From an uncultured Vibrio sp. (GTDB taxonomy: Bacteria > Pseudomonadota > Gammaproteobacteria > Enterobacterales > Vibrionaceae): 64,000 bases of DNA. The translations under genes and the position numbers were made by a program. This document shows, piece by piece, positions 38,049 to 47,506 of this stretch. The stretch covers positions 19,797 through 83,796 of the forward strand of contig CAXXNB010000010.1 in the NCBI GenBank assembly GCA_963676525.2, written 5' to 3'. The stretch's first letter is position 1, and each line of letters begins with the position of its first letter. Under the pieces are notes generated by a model that had not been told where the DNA came from, searched no databases, and was given only the letters and a program-made list of their open reading frames with translations.

Positions 38049-38103
38049 GTAAGTAGGTTTTATTGTTGCAAGCGAAGCTTGAGTTAGGAAAGAGAGAAAA
38101 TAG

Positions 38104-38745
38104 ATGAAAGCATACCAGCGTGAATTTATTGAATTTGCTTTAGAGAAACAGGTTCTTAAGTTTGGGGAGTTTACTTTAAAGTCCGGCCGTAAGAGCCCGT
38201 ATTTTTTTAATGCTGGTTTGTTCAACACTGGTCGTGATTTGGCTCGTTTAGGCCGTTTCTATGCAGCTGCGCTAGTTGATTCAGGTATTAGCTATGATGT
38301 GTTGTTTGGTCCTGCATACAAAGGCATTCCAATTGCAACCACAACCGCAGTTGCTCTGGCAGATCACCACAATGTAGACACGCCATACTGCTTTAACCGT
38401 AAAGAAGCAAAAGACCATGGTGAAGGTGGTAACTTAGTCGGTAGTCCACTGGAAGGTCGTATTATGCTGGTGGATGATGTGATTACTGCCGGTACGGCAA
38501 TTCGTGAATCGATGGAAATCATTAAAGCGAATGGTGCTGACTTAGCGGGCGTTCTGGTTGCGATTGATCGTCAGGAAAAAGGTAAAGGTGAACTTTCTGC
38601 GATTCAGGAAGTGGAACGTGATTTCGGCTGTTCAATCATTTCAATTGTTGGTTTGACTGATCTGATTACTTACCTTGAAGAGAAAGGTGATGAAGCTGAG
38701 CATCTGGAAGCAGTAAAAGCATATAGAGCGCAGTACGGGGTTTAA
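38104..38745 (+). CDS. pyrE: Orotate phosphoribosyltransferase
   Basis: [37 protein letters not shown] and [10 protein letters not shown]. Confidence 0.98.
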   Translation: MKAYQREFIEFALEKQVLKFGEFTLKSGRKSPYFFNAGLFNTGRDLARLGRFYAAALVDSGISYDVLFGPAYKGIPIATTTAVALADHHNVDTPYCFNRKEAKDHGEGGNLVGSPLEGRIMLVDDVITAGTAIRESMEIIKANGADLAGVLVAIDRQEKGKGELSAIQEVERDFGCSIISIVGLTDLITYLEEKGDEAEHLEAVKAYRAQYGV

Positions 38746-38900
38746 GGAACTAAAGGGTTTTAGGAAGTAAAGGTATTTAAGGGAATAAAAGAAGAGAAGG
38801 TTTTTAAGGAAGGGAAGGAAATAAAGGAAAACAGGGGGTGAGGAAAATAAAAGGTTTGAGGAAAAAAGGTTGCAGGTTGTTAGGAATGAGGAAAAAATCT
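38746..38900 (+). repeat. Purine-rich low-complexity tract (GGAA/GGTT words every 7-10 nt)
   Basis: Example: ggaactaaa-gggttttta-ggaagtaaa-ggtatttaa. Almost no C over about 155 nt. Confidence 0.8.
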
Positions 38901-38902
38901 TG

Positions 38903-39174
38903 CTGAAACCCTGAAACCCTGAAACCCTGAAACCCTGAAACCCTGAAACCCTGAAACCCTGAAACCCTGAAACCCTGAAACCCTGAAACCCTGAAACCCT
39001 GAAACCCTGAAACCCTGAAACCCTGAAACCCTGAAACCCTGAAACCCTGAAACCCTGAAACCCTGAAACCCTGAAACCCTGAAACCCTGAAACCCTGAAA
39101 CCCTGAAACCCTGAAACCCTGAAACCCTGAAACCCTGAAACCCTGAAACCCTGAAACCCTGAAACCCTGAAACC
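38903..39174. repeat. Perfect tandem repeat (CTGAAACC)x34
   Basis: 272 bp; 8-bp phase checked on every sequence line. Ends exactly at the lpxM stop codon (39175). Confidence 0.98.
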
Positions 39175-40143
39175 TTAACTATATATTTTCTTCCCATCTC
39201 TCTGCGTCTGCAGTAGAAACAGGTTCCACATATATTGCTCCGGTCTTGGGGTGAGCAGATCTTCAATGGCTTTGTTCATCGCTCTGGCATCCTGTTCTTC
39301 ATCTCCGGTTGGGAAGTTTTCCAGTGCCGGTAAAATATGAACTTCATACTTGGATGTTTTGTCATTGTAGGCTGGCAGAATCGGGATAACTTTTGCTTTT
39401 GATAAACGCGCCATTTTTCCAAAGCCTTTCAGAGTGGCTTTCTCTGTAGCGAAGAAAGGCACAAAGACGGAGTTTTGCGGGCCATGGTCTTCGTCAGGCA
39501 GCCAGTAACCGATATAGCCATCCTTGATAGAGCGAACGAAAGGTTTTACTCCCGCATCACGAGCAAAAATTCGGCCGCCATACTGCATGCGCTGAACATG
39601 CATCAGCCAGTCACCTATCTTATTCCGCTGAGGTTTCATGATTGTGGTAACTTTATAGCCTCGGGCAGCAAGCATAACTGCCGGATAGTCTACCGCCCAG
39701 GCATGAGGCGCCAGAATAATCACTTTTTCTCCGGCATCGAGCAAGGGAATAATATTTTCTTCCCCAATCATAACGCCACGGTTCTGATTGTGTTTGGTTG
39801 AACGCACAATAAATTCTGAATAGCCAAGGAAATACTGCGCCGCTTTCACAAAGGTTTCCCTGACGATTTCTTCCCGTTCCTGCGCTGATTTTTCAGGGAA
39901 ACAGTATTCAAGGTTTGTTCTGGCCCGGCGTACAACCCGACCATTTTTATTTACAACGAATGTAGATAATTTCCGTGCTAATCCGTCCCGCCATTTCGGT
40001 GGTATGAATGCTAAAAGTACAGCAAAAAGAATACCGATCCACATCCCCCAGTGGCGCGGGTGCAAAAACGACCACTGAAATGTCGGGTTATGCAAATAGG
40101 CGTCAATACTATTCTTTTTAGGAGCGTCTTGGTCTGAACTCAT
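39175..40143 (-). CDS. lpxM: Lipid A myristoyltransferase (MsbB)
   Basis: HAWAVD HxxxxD motif, WLPDEDHG and PEQYMW. Confidence 0.92.
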   Translation of the reverse strand: MSSDQDAPKKNSIDAYLHNPTFQWSFLHPRHWGMWIGILFAVLLAFIPPKWRDGLARKLSTFVVNKNGRVVRRARTNLEYCFPEKSAQEREEIVRETFVKAAQYFLGYSEFIVRSTKHNQNRGVMIGEENIIPLLDAGEKVIILAPHAWAVDYPAVMLAARGYKVTTIMKPQRNKIGDWLMHVQRMQYGGRIFARDAGVKPFVRSIKDGYIGYWLPDEDHGPQNSVFVPFFATEKATLKGFGKMARLSKAKVIPILPAYNDKTSKYEVHILPALENFPTGDEEQDARAMNKAIEDLLTPRPEQYMWNLFLLQTQRDGKKIYS

Positions 40144-40164
40144 TCAACAAAAGCCTTTTTAATT

Positions 40165-41112
40165 TTATTGGTAGCGGGTGCTGGACTGGGTGCCATCTGG
40201 CAGTGATTTAAATCGCTTATGCAGCCACATCCACTGTTCAGGAGCGCGCAGTATAACGGCTTCGATATATTTATTCATGTAAGCAGCTGCAGCCGTCTTA
40301 TCTTTTTGTGGATAGTTATCCTCAATAGATTCATCAGCCATGATTTCATATTTACCGTCTGGATTGCGAAATCCTGAAACCGGCATGATGGCACACTTAC
40401 TTGAATACGCGAGAATACTGGTACCAGTTGTTGTGCAGGCTTCTTCAACCGCAAAGAAAGGCACAAATACCGATTGGTTATGACCATAATCCTGATCTGG
40501 CAAATAAAACAGACGCTCACCTTGTCTTAATACCCGAATCATTTTTTTCAGATCCCGGCGATAAACCAGTTTGTTGCCATCCCGGGTTCGGCCCCGATAC
40601 TGAATAAACTCGTATGCAGCATTGCTATGAGGGCGGTAAACACCATAGCCCGGCATTCCCAGAGCGGCAAAACCACGGGCACAGATTTCCAAATTAAAGG
40701 CATGCACGGCACACAGCAGTACCCCTTTATTATTTTTTTCGTGCTCAAGCAGCTTCTTAGTGTCTTTATTGATAAGCAGACGACGAAAACGCCAGGTTGG
40801 CCAGAACCAGGCAATTGCCGATTCAATTAATGCTGCACCGGTATTTTTAAAGTTTTCGACTAATAGCTCATCGACTTCATCACTTGGTTTGTCTGGGAAA
40901 GCAAGTTCAAGATTTCGTCTTGCAATATGCAAACGTTTCTTGCCAAACCTCATGGCAAACTTACCTAATGACTGTCCCAGTTTTAAAGACAGTGAATAAG
41001 GCAACATATTCACGGTTAGCGAAAGCAAACCGAATCCGAACCAGACACCCCAATATTTTGGATGTAACAGCGATAATGAAAACTCAGGTTTTCCGACGTT
41101 ATAATCACTCAT
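40165..41112 (-). CDS. lpxL: Lipid A lauroyltransferase (HtrB)
   Basis: LLHPKYW, HAFNLE, YLPDQDYG and PEQWMWLHKRFK. Confidence 0.92.
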   Translation of the reverse strand: MSDYNVGKPEFSLSLLHPKYWGVWFGFGLLSLTVNMLPYSLSLKLGQSLGKFAMRFGKKRLHIARRNLELAFPDKPSDEVDELLVENFKNTGAALIESAIAWFWPTWRFRRLLINKDTKKLLEHEKNNKGVLLCAVHAFNLEICARGFAALGMPGYGVYRPHSNAAYEFIQYRGRTRDGNKLVYRRDLKKMIRVLRQGERLFYLPDQDYGHNQSVFVPFFAVEEACTTTGTSILAYSSKCAIMPVSGFRNPDGKYEIMADESIEDNYPQKDKTAAAAYMNKYIEAVILRAPEQWMWLHKRFKSLPDGTQSSTRYQ

Positions 41113-41116
41113 AAAC

Positions 41117-41707
41117 TTACTTTATTTGTGCACTTAAAAGAGCCCAGTACTCTTCAAAGTTTTCTGTTGGTTGATATTTAAAATCAGAGCGAACAAAGCG
41201 ATTAAGGCTTCCTTCGACCTGACCGAGTAGTTGTGAGGCTAGAATTCCTTCTTCCACTGGGAATGATTTTCCTTCTCGGATTTTACGCTCACGCAGAATT
41301 TGTCGTAAAGATGTTTCAATACGTTCGAACAGCTGGTTGATCCGTTCACGCAGACGTTCATTTTCAAACATTAAAGCATGGCCAGATAAGATTCGTGTCA
41401 GGCCCGGGTTACGTTCAGAGAAGGTCAGAATCAGTTGCATGACCATTTTTAAACGGTTCAATGTGTCTTTTTCTTCATTCAGAATATAGTTAATACGGGA
41501 CATCAGGGTTTCTTCAATAAATTCAATCAGTCCCTCGAACATACGAGCTTTACTTGGAAAATGGCGATATAAAGCAGCTTCAGAAACACCAACCTGCTTG
41601 GCTAATTTAGCTGTTGTAATTCGCGATGCTCCATCATGAGATTCAAGCATTTCAGCCAGTGCCTGGAGAATTTCTTCCCTACGGTTACTTTTTTTTGTAC
41701 CACTCAT
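41117..41707 (-). CDS. slmA: Nucleoid occlusion factor SlmA
   Basis: [38 protein letters not shown]. Start probably ATG 41707. Confidence 0.97.
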   Translation of the reverse strand: MSGTKKSNRREEILQALAEMLESHDGASRITTAKLAKQVGVSEAALYRHFPSKARMFEGLIEFIEETLMSRINYILNEEKDTLNRLKMVMQLILTFSERNPGLTRILSGHALMFENERLRERINQLFERIETSLRQILRERKIREGKSFPVEEGILASQLLGQVEGSLNRFVRSDFKYQPTENFEEYWALLSAQIK

Positions 41708-41759
41708 TCTTTTGCCCTTATTCACTCTAATGTTAACTACGTACTTAACCTGACTCTTT

Positions 41760-42962
41760 TTATTGTATTTTTTTACTAATGAATGACATTAATTCTGTTG
41801 CCAGCTGGTTTTTTGATGTGAGAGGAAAGACGTGCTCTCCATCCTTCCAGTAAACTGTCAACGCATTCGCATCACTGTTAAATCCTTGTCCAGCGACTGA
41901 AACATCATTAGCGCAGATCAGGTCGAGATTTTTCCGTTCTAATTTACTTCTGGCATATTGCTCAAGATTCTCTGTTTCAGCTGCAAAACCAACAGTATAG
42001 GGTCTTCCAGAGGTTAATGATGCTACCGAAGCAACGATATCCGGATTTTTTACCATTGTTATGGTCATTTCATCGTTATCGGCCGTTTTCTTGATTTTTT
42101 GATCCGCAATGGCATCAGGACGATAATCGGCAACTGCAGCACAACTGATGAAAATATCGTGTTGTGGAGCCTGTTCCATTACCTGTTCGTACATATCCAT
42201 GGCACTGGTTACATTGATTCTGGTAACGCCTGTTGGAGTTGTCAGATGTACCGGGCCACTAACCAAAGTCACCGATGCTCCTAATTTTGCGGCAGCATCC
42301 GCGAGCTGAAAGCCCATTTTCCCTGAGCTGTGATTCGAGATATAACGTACCGGGTCGATGGCTTCCTGAGTCGGACCGGCTGTAATTAAGATCGATTTAC
42401 CATCTAATAGTTTAGGCTGAAAAAACTCTTCACAATGATGGACAAGTTCCATTGGCTCTAACATGCGTCCAGGGCCAACATCGCCACAGGCCTGTTCTCC
42501 TGAACCTGGTCCCCAGATCGGAAATTGGCGGCGTTGTAACGTGGCTAAGTTTTCCTGAGTAGCAATATTGCGGTACATGTTCTGGTTCATTGCCGGAGCG
42601 ACAGCGACTGGCGCATCTGTGGCCAGTACTAGCGTGGACAGCAAATCGTTTCCCAGTCCGCCGGCTACGCGGGCAATTAAATCAGCGGTTGCCGGTGCTA
42701 ATAGTACTAAATCCGCCCATTTCGCCAGTTCAATATGATTCATTGAACGGTCTGCTTCAGGATCAAGCAGACTTGAAGCCACCTGATGGCCAGATACGGC
42801 CTGCATGGTTAATGGGGTGATAAACTCTTTTGCAGCTTCAGTCATAACAACGCGAATTTCTGCTCCGCGTTCAATAAGGCGGCGTGTGAGCTCTGCACAC
42901 TTATACGCTGCGATACCACCACTCATGCCGAGAAGAATTTTTTTACCAGATAATGTTTGCAT
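41760..42962 (-). CDS. coaBC: Bifunctional phosphopantothenoylcysteine decarboxylase/ligase
   Basis: [54 protein letters not shown] and VGFAAET. Confidence 0.98.
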   Translation of the reverse strand: MQTLSGKKILLGMSGGIAAYKCAELTRRLIERGAEIRVVMTEAAKEFITPLTMQAVSGHQVASSLLDPEADRSMNHIELAKWADLVLLAPATADLIARVAGGLGNDLLSTLVLATDAPVAVAPAMNQNMYRNIATQENLATLQRRQFPIWGPGSGEQACGDVGPGRMLEPMELVHHCEEFFQPKLLDGKSILITAGPTQEAIDPVRYISNHSSGKMGFQLADAAAKLGASVTLVSGPVHLTTPTGVTRINVTSAMDMYEQVMEQAPQHDIFISCAAVADYRPDAIADQKIKKTADNDEMTITMVKNPDIVASVASLTSGRPYTVGFAAETENLEQYARSKLERKNLDLICANDVSVAGQGFNSDANALTVYWKDGEHVFPLTSKNQLATELMSFISKKIQ

Positions 42963-42991
42963 TATTTATCCCCACTATTTTTATATCAGTT

Positions 42992-43053
42992 CCCTGAACC
43001 CTGAACCCTGAACCCTGAACCCTGACCCCTGAACCCTGAACCCTGAACCCTGA
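42992..43053. repeat. Tandem heptamer (CCCTGAA)x~9
   Basis: 8 full units (one is CCCTGAC) plus a partial unit, about 30 bp upstream of the coaBC start. Confidence 0.95.
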
Positions 43054-43241
43054 TATTACCATAATTTTCCAATCATACAGCAATCAGGTGATAACGGCGA
43101 AGTGAGTACTTAGTCGCAAAGAATGTGCAAAAAATAATGGTTCAGTATTATTTTGAGTGAAATATCATCCGTATTGCCAGAAACTTTTTGTATTACAAAA
43201 TTTAATACGTCTTGATCTCCTGATAACCGGGGGAGATAACC

Positions 43242-43904
43242 ATGTTACCAACTGAATTAATGCCAAGAGAAAAACTATTAAGTCGCGGATCTCAGTCATT
43301 ATCCGATGCTGAACTGCTGGCGATTTTTCTTCGCACCGGAACCAAAGAGATGAATGTGTTGTATTTGGCCGACCATTTATTAAAAGAATTCGGTTCTCTG
43401 CGAAAATTATTTGCCGCTAGTAAAGACGAATTTTGCCAAATTAAAGGGTTGGGGGAAGCAAAATATGTCCAGCTGCAAGCCATTTTGGAGATGACACAAC
43501 GCTACCTGCTGGAAACCTTAGAACGCGGTGATGCGTTAACCAGTCCGACCCAGACGCGACTTTATCTTTCCAGTTTACTGAGAGACAAACCGAGAGAAGC
43601 ATTTTATGTACTGTATCTGGATAATCAGAATCGCGTCATTCAGGGTGACACTCTGTTTGAAGGAACGATTGATTCAGCATCAGTTTATCCGAGAGAAATA
43701 GTGAAGCAGGCGCTGCATCATAACGCAGCGGCATTAATCCTGGCCCATAACCATCCATCAGGTGTTGCTGAGCCCAGTCAGGCCGACAGACGGATTACAA
43801 CCCGAATCAGAGATGCACTTGCTCTTGTCGATATTAGAGTGCTCGATCACTTTGTGATTGGGGATGGTGAAATTGTGTCATTTTGCGAAAGAGGGATTTT
43901 GTAG
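43242..43904 (+). CDS. radC: RadC/JAB-domain protein
   Basis: PREKLL...[14 protein letters not shown] and AHNHPSG...PSQAD...LDHFVIG JAMM motif. Confidence 0.96.
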   Translation: MLPTELMPREKLLSRGSQSLSDAELLAIFLRTGTKEMNVLYLADHLLKEFGSLRKLFAASKDEFCQIKGLGEAKYVQLQAILEMTQRYLLETLERGDALTSPTQTRLYLSSLLRDKPREAFYVLYLDNQNRVIQGDTLFEGTIDSASVYPREIVKQALHHNAAALILAHNHPSGVAEPSQADRRITTRIRDALALVDIRVLDHFVIGDGEIVSFCERGIL

Positions 43905-44123
43905 GGAGGGAAGGAAGATAAGGGGTTGAGGAAGAAAAGGAAAGAAGGAAAAGAGGGGAGAGAAGGAAAAGAAAGGGTAAAAGGAAAGAAGGAAAAGAGG
44001 GAGCAGGAAGGGAAGGTTTTTAGGAAGAAAAGCAAAAGAAGGGGGTGAGGATTTTAAGGGTTGAGGAAGGAAAGGAAGAAGGAAAAGAAAGGGGGTGGTC
44101 AGGAATCCGGAAAAGAAGGGGGG
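43903..44123 (+). repeat. Purine-rich low-complexity tract upstream of the four-helix-bundle gene
   Basis: Nearly all A/G with short T runs. Contains blocks complementary to the downstream pyrimidine tract. Confidence 0.85.
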
Positions 44124-44149
44124 CAATAAATTTATTTGGGAGGTGGTTT

Positions 44150-44506
44150 TTGGAATCGTTTGAACAGTTAAAAGTGTGGCAATCTGGGATGAGTATTGCG
44201 ATACAAGTGAATAAAAAATTTGAGTTTTTTAAAGCTAATTCAGGCTTTAAAGATCAAATTACCCGATCTGCAATTTCAGTACCGTCAAATATAGCGGAAG
44301 GAGATCAGAGAGGCAGCATTAAGGATTCCATTCGTTTTTTGTATATAGCTAAAGGGTCTGCCGCTGAATTGTTAACACAAATAATTTTAGCAAAGGAGCT
44401 GGGCTATATGAGCGTTAATGATAACGTTGCGTTAGAGAATCAGACCAGGGAGGTTATAAAAATGCTTGCTAGTTTAATCTGGAGCCGTAAACAAAGACTA
44501 GAATAA
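44150..44506 (+). CDS. Four-helix-bundle protein (23S rRNA IVP / Avd-like family)
   Basis: FEQLKVWQ, DQITRSAISVPSNIAEG, RFLYIAKGSAAELLTQ. TTG start at 44150 with GGAGG at 44139-44143. Confidence 0.92.
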   Translation: MESFEQLKVWQSGMSIAIQVNKKFEFFKANSGFKDQITRSAISVPSNIAEGDQRGSIKDSIRFLYIAKGSAAELLTQIILAKELGYMSVNDNVALENQTREVIKMLASLIWSRKQRLE

Positions 44507-44546
44507 GATGTACAACTGTACAACTTATTTGTACAACTTATTCACA

Positions 44547-44765
44547 CCTGATTCCTTTATTCCTCCCTCCTCAAAACCTTACCCTCCCTCTTTTCCTTAA
44601 TTTCCTAACCTCCTTGTTTTCCTGATTCCTTTATTCCTCCCTCCTCAAAACCTTACCCTCCCTCTTTTCCTTAATTTCCTAACCTCCTTGTTTTCCTGAA
44701 TCCTTCTTTCCTTCAAAACCTTTCTCTCCTTCGCTTCCTTCTTTTCCTAAAAACCTTCTTTTCCT
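44547..44765 (+). repeat. Pyrimidine-rich tract containing a perfect 74-bp tandem duplication
   Basis: 44547-44620 equals 44621-44694, then continues cctga. C/T-rich to about 44765. Confidence 0.92.
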
Positions 44766-44884
44766 GAAAACTAATACTTGTCCCGCCCATTATTTCTGCT
44801 ATTATTCGGCCACTAAATTTTTAACCTAAATCAGCTCGGCGATAAAAAAGATCAAAAGATCTGCAAAAAGGATCTGTTCGGGTC

Positions 44885-44913
44885 TTGAGCAATGCTCGTC
44901 AAGTTAGTATAAT
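44885..44913 (+). promoter_or_regulatory. Sigma70 promoter of rpmB-rpmG
   Basis: TTGAGC, 17 bp, TATAAT, followed by the GC-rich discriminator gcgcgac. Confidence 0.8.
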
Positions 44914-45038
44914 GCGCGACCTTTGATAGCCTTGTATGGGTTTTCCATAACGGTTTTTAACCTCTACTTTTAGTATTAAGTAATGAGGTTCGGCCACCAA
45001 GGTTGATATCGAGCTGAAACGATTTGGAGAAGACATTC

Positions 45039-45275
45039 ATGTCCCGAGTATGCCAAGTAACTGGTAAGCGTCCAGTAACGGGTAACAACCGTTCACACGC
45101 AAAAAATGCTACTAAGCGTCGTTTTCTGCCGAACCTACAAACTCATCGTTTCTGGGTAGAGAGCGAAAAACGTTTTGTTAAACTACGTCTAACTGCAAAA
45201 GGCATGCGTATCATCGATAAGAAAGGTATCGATGCTGTAATTGCTGATATTCGTGCACGTGGCGAAAACGTTTAA
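45039..45275 (+). CDS. rpmB: 50S ribosomal protein L28
   Basis: [33 protein letters not shown]. 78 aa from ATG 45039. Confidence 0.98.
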   Translation: MSRVCQVTGKRPVTGNNRSHAKNATKRRFLPNLQTHRFWVESEKRFVKLRLTAKGMRIIDKKGIDAVIADIRARGENV

Positions 45276-45288
45276 GAGGAATTGAGCA

Positions 45289-45456
45289 ATGGCTAAAGGC
45301 ATTCGTGAGAAAATCCGTCTGGTTTCTACTGCTGAAACTGGTCACTTCTACACTACTGACAAAAACAAACGTAATATGCCGGGTAAATTTGAGATCAAGA
45401 AATATGATCCAGTTGCTCGTAAACACGTTTTATACAAAGAAGCAAAAATCAAGTAA
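45289..45456 (+). CDS. rpmG: 50S ribosomal protein L33 (not in the ORF track, 55 aa)
   Basis: Translated by hand: [55 protein letters not shown]. Confidence 0.98.
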   Translation: MAKGIREKIRLVSTAETGHFYTTDKNKRNMPGKFEIKKYDPVARKHVLYKEAKIK

Positions 45457-45478
45457 TTGGTTTTCTTTGTATCAGTTT

Positions 45479-45504
45479 AAAACCCAGCTTAGGCTGGGTT
45501 TTTT
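45479..45504 (+). terminator. Intrinsic terminator after rpmG
   Basis: aaaacccagc-ttag-gctgggtttttt. Confidence 0.9.
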
Positions 45505-45571
45505 ATTGTCTGAAATTTGCTAATTAGTCTATTTCAAAGATAATAGAATCCATATCTATTGAGTCTGAGGA

Positions 45572-46075
45572 ATGGTGATGCGATACAGAGGTCGTAAGTG
45601 GAATAATATTCTTATCTTTTCCGTTATTGCATTTATTGTAATTTTAAACCTGCCAACTCTGATCAAAACCTATTTGATTCCTCCTGAGCAGCAACATCCT
45701 ATTTCTACAGTACTTTTTAATCCGGAATATACGGTTAAGGCTGTGTATAGCTCTGACTGGTCATTGGAGAAAAAAGACGGGCAGTGGAATTTATTTCCAG
45801 TGCTGACTCTGTCTGGCTCAACTTTATTCGAACATTGGCAAAGTCTTGAGGGAACTCCCGTTAATCAGGACACTTATCAATCTTTATCTGCTAATTTACC
45901 CGCACCTCAAACGCTGGAAGTCTGGTATAAAGAGCAGGAAGAGCCGCAGCGAATCACCTTTTATCAGACGCCTAAATTTTGGTTATTCAAAAACTGGCAG
46001 GATCGCTGGATTGCTGTGTCAGTCGAAAAAAAATATCTGTTTCCTGAGCAAACAAAGTCACAAAATGCAGAGTAG
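45572..46075 (+). CDS. Hypothetical membrane-anchored protein
   Basis: Basic N-terminus, one TM segment and a soluble Trp-rich domain. Sits between rpmG and mutM. Confidence 0.75.
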   Translation: MVMRYRGRKWNNILIFSVIAFIVILNLPTLIKTYLIPPEQQHPISTVLFNPEYTVKAVYSSDWSLEKKDGQWNLFPVLTLSGSTLFEHWQSLEGTPVNQDTYQSLSANLPAPQTLEVWYKEQEEPQRITFYQTPKFWLFKNWQDRWIAVSVEKKYLFPEQTKSQNAE

Positions 46076-46085
46076 AGATTAAAAC

Positions 46086-46895
46086 ATGCCTGAATTACCG
46101 GAAGTTGAAGTCAGCCGAATGGGGATCAGCCCTTTTCTTGTCGGTGAAAAAGTAAAATCAATAGCGGTGAGAACGCCTAAGTTGCGTTGGGATATTCCGC
46201 ATGAGTTACATAAACTTGAAGGGCAGGTGATTCGTCGTATTCAACGTCGGGCAAAATATCTGTTGTTGGAAACAGATCTAGGCACTGCAATAGTTCATCT
46301 GGGGATGTCTGGTTCTCTTAGGGTAATTGATGCACCGCTTGAGCCACAAAAACACGACCATGTAGACTTGTTTATGTGTAACGGTAAAGTCCTTCGTTAT
46401 AACGACCCCAGACGTTTTGGTGCCTGGCTTTGGTGCGATAAGGGTGAAACTCCTAAGGTATTAGAAAATTTAGGGCCAGAGCCGTTAAGTGATGAATTTA
46501 CGGCGGATTATATGCAGGAGAAAGCTCAGGGGAAACGAGTCGCAATCAAGCAGTTTATTATGGATAATAAATATGTGGTTGGAGTAGGAAATATTTACGC
46601 CAATGAATCTTTGTTTTCCTCGCATATTAATCCGACCCGAACTGCGGGTAGTATTAAATCTGAAGAGTGGCAGCAATTAGTTGCTGAGATTAAGTCAGTA
46701 CTTGCTCACTCTATAAAACAGGGCGGAACGACGCTGAAAGATTTTGCTCAGGCAGATGGTAAACCGGGCTATTTTGCTCAGGAATTACGAGTCTATGGTA
46801 AAGCCGGAGAGCCTTGCCCTGAATGTGGTGCATTGCTTCAGGAGCAGAAAATCGGACAAAGAAATACATTTTTTTGCCCGGTCTGTCAGATCTAA
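46086..46895 (+). CDS. mutM: Formamidopyrimidine-DNA glycosylase
   Basis: [23 protein letters not shown] and C4 zinc finger CPEC...CPVC. Confidence 0.98.
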   Translation: MPELPEVEVSRMGISPFLVGEKVKSIAVRTPKLRWDIPHELHKLEGQVIRRIQRRAKYLLLETDLGTAIVHLGMSGSLRVIDAPLEPQKHDHVDLFMCNGKVLRYNDPRRFGAWLWCDKGETPKVLENLGPEPLSDEFTADYMQEKAQGKRVAIKQFIMDNKYVVGVGNIYANESLFSSHINPTRTAGSIKSEEWQQLVAEIKSVLAHSIKQGGTTLKDFAQADGKPGYFAQELRVYGKAGEPCPECGALLQEQKIGQRNTFFCPVCQI

Positions 46896-47386
46896 ATTTT
46901 TTTCTTCTTATTTAACGCATTAGCCACTATTTCCGGGACAAAAGCATTTACATCGCCACCATGAATGGCCACTTCTCTGACAATAGTTGAAGAGAGAAAA
47001 GCAAATTCATTGGAAGGGGTGAGAAAGACACTTTCCAGATTTGGCATGAGTTTGCGATACATAGCAGTCAGGCCAAATTCATACTCGAAATCCATAGTCG
47101 TTCTCAAACCACGAATTAAAACGTTGGCTTCCACCTGCTTGGCAAAGTCGACCAGTAACCCAGAGAAACCTTGTACAGAAACGTTTGTTAAGTGCTTAGT
47201 GACTTCTTCGGCAAAGTGAACCCGTTCTGCCAGAGTAAACATAGTATTTTTACTGGGACTGGCCGCTACTGCGATAATGACTTCATCAAACATGGCTGCA
47301 GCACGTTCGACAATATCGATATGGCCGTTGGTCATAGGATCAAATGTGCCGGGATAAATGACTCTGGAATATTGTCTCTGACTCAC
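46892..47386 (-). CDS. coaD: Phosphopantetheine adenylyltransferase
   Basis: [25 protein letters not shown] and SSTIVREVA. Confidence 0.98.
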   Translation of the reverse strand: MSQRQYSRVIYPGTFDPMTNGHIDIVERAAAMFDEVIIAVAASPSKNTMFTLAERVHFAEEVTKHLTNVSVQGFSGLLVDFAKQVEANVLIRGLRTTMDFEYEFGLTAMYRKLMPNLESVFLTPSNEFAFLSSTIVREVAIHGGDVNAFVPEIVANALNKKKKI

Positions 47387-47506
47387 AATATGGTCTCTTT
47401 AAATATGGAAAAACTCTCATAATAATAACAAAAAGGGTCAAAATTACCTATTGATACGGGTATGATACTCATTCCGGAAATTGCTGTGATTAATTAAGAG
47501 ATTGAA

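Noticed and set aside
38880-39266. 128-aa ORF with VSGFQGFR repeats; array as possible CRISPR
   Set aside because: The ORF is only the translation of the octamer repeat and has no plausible RBS or domain. The array has no spacers and there are no cas genes.
43847-44149. ORFs 43847-44035, 43878-44126 and the N-terminal extension of 44045-44506
   Set aside because: By-products of the purine tract. The family motif begins at the TTG at 44150, which has a proper RBS.
44150-44506. Diversity-generating retroelement or rRNA intervening sequence
   Set aside because: The protein family includes Avd and IVP, but there is no reverse transcriptase, no TR/VR pair and no rRNA sequence in the window.
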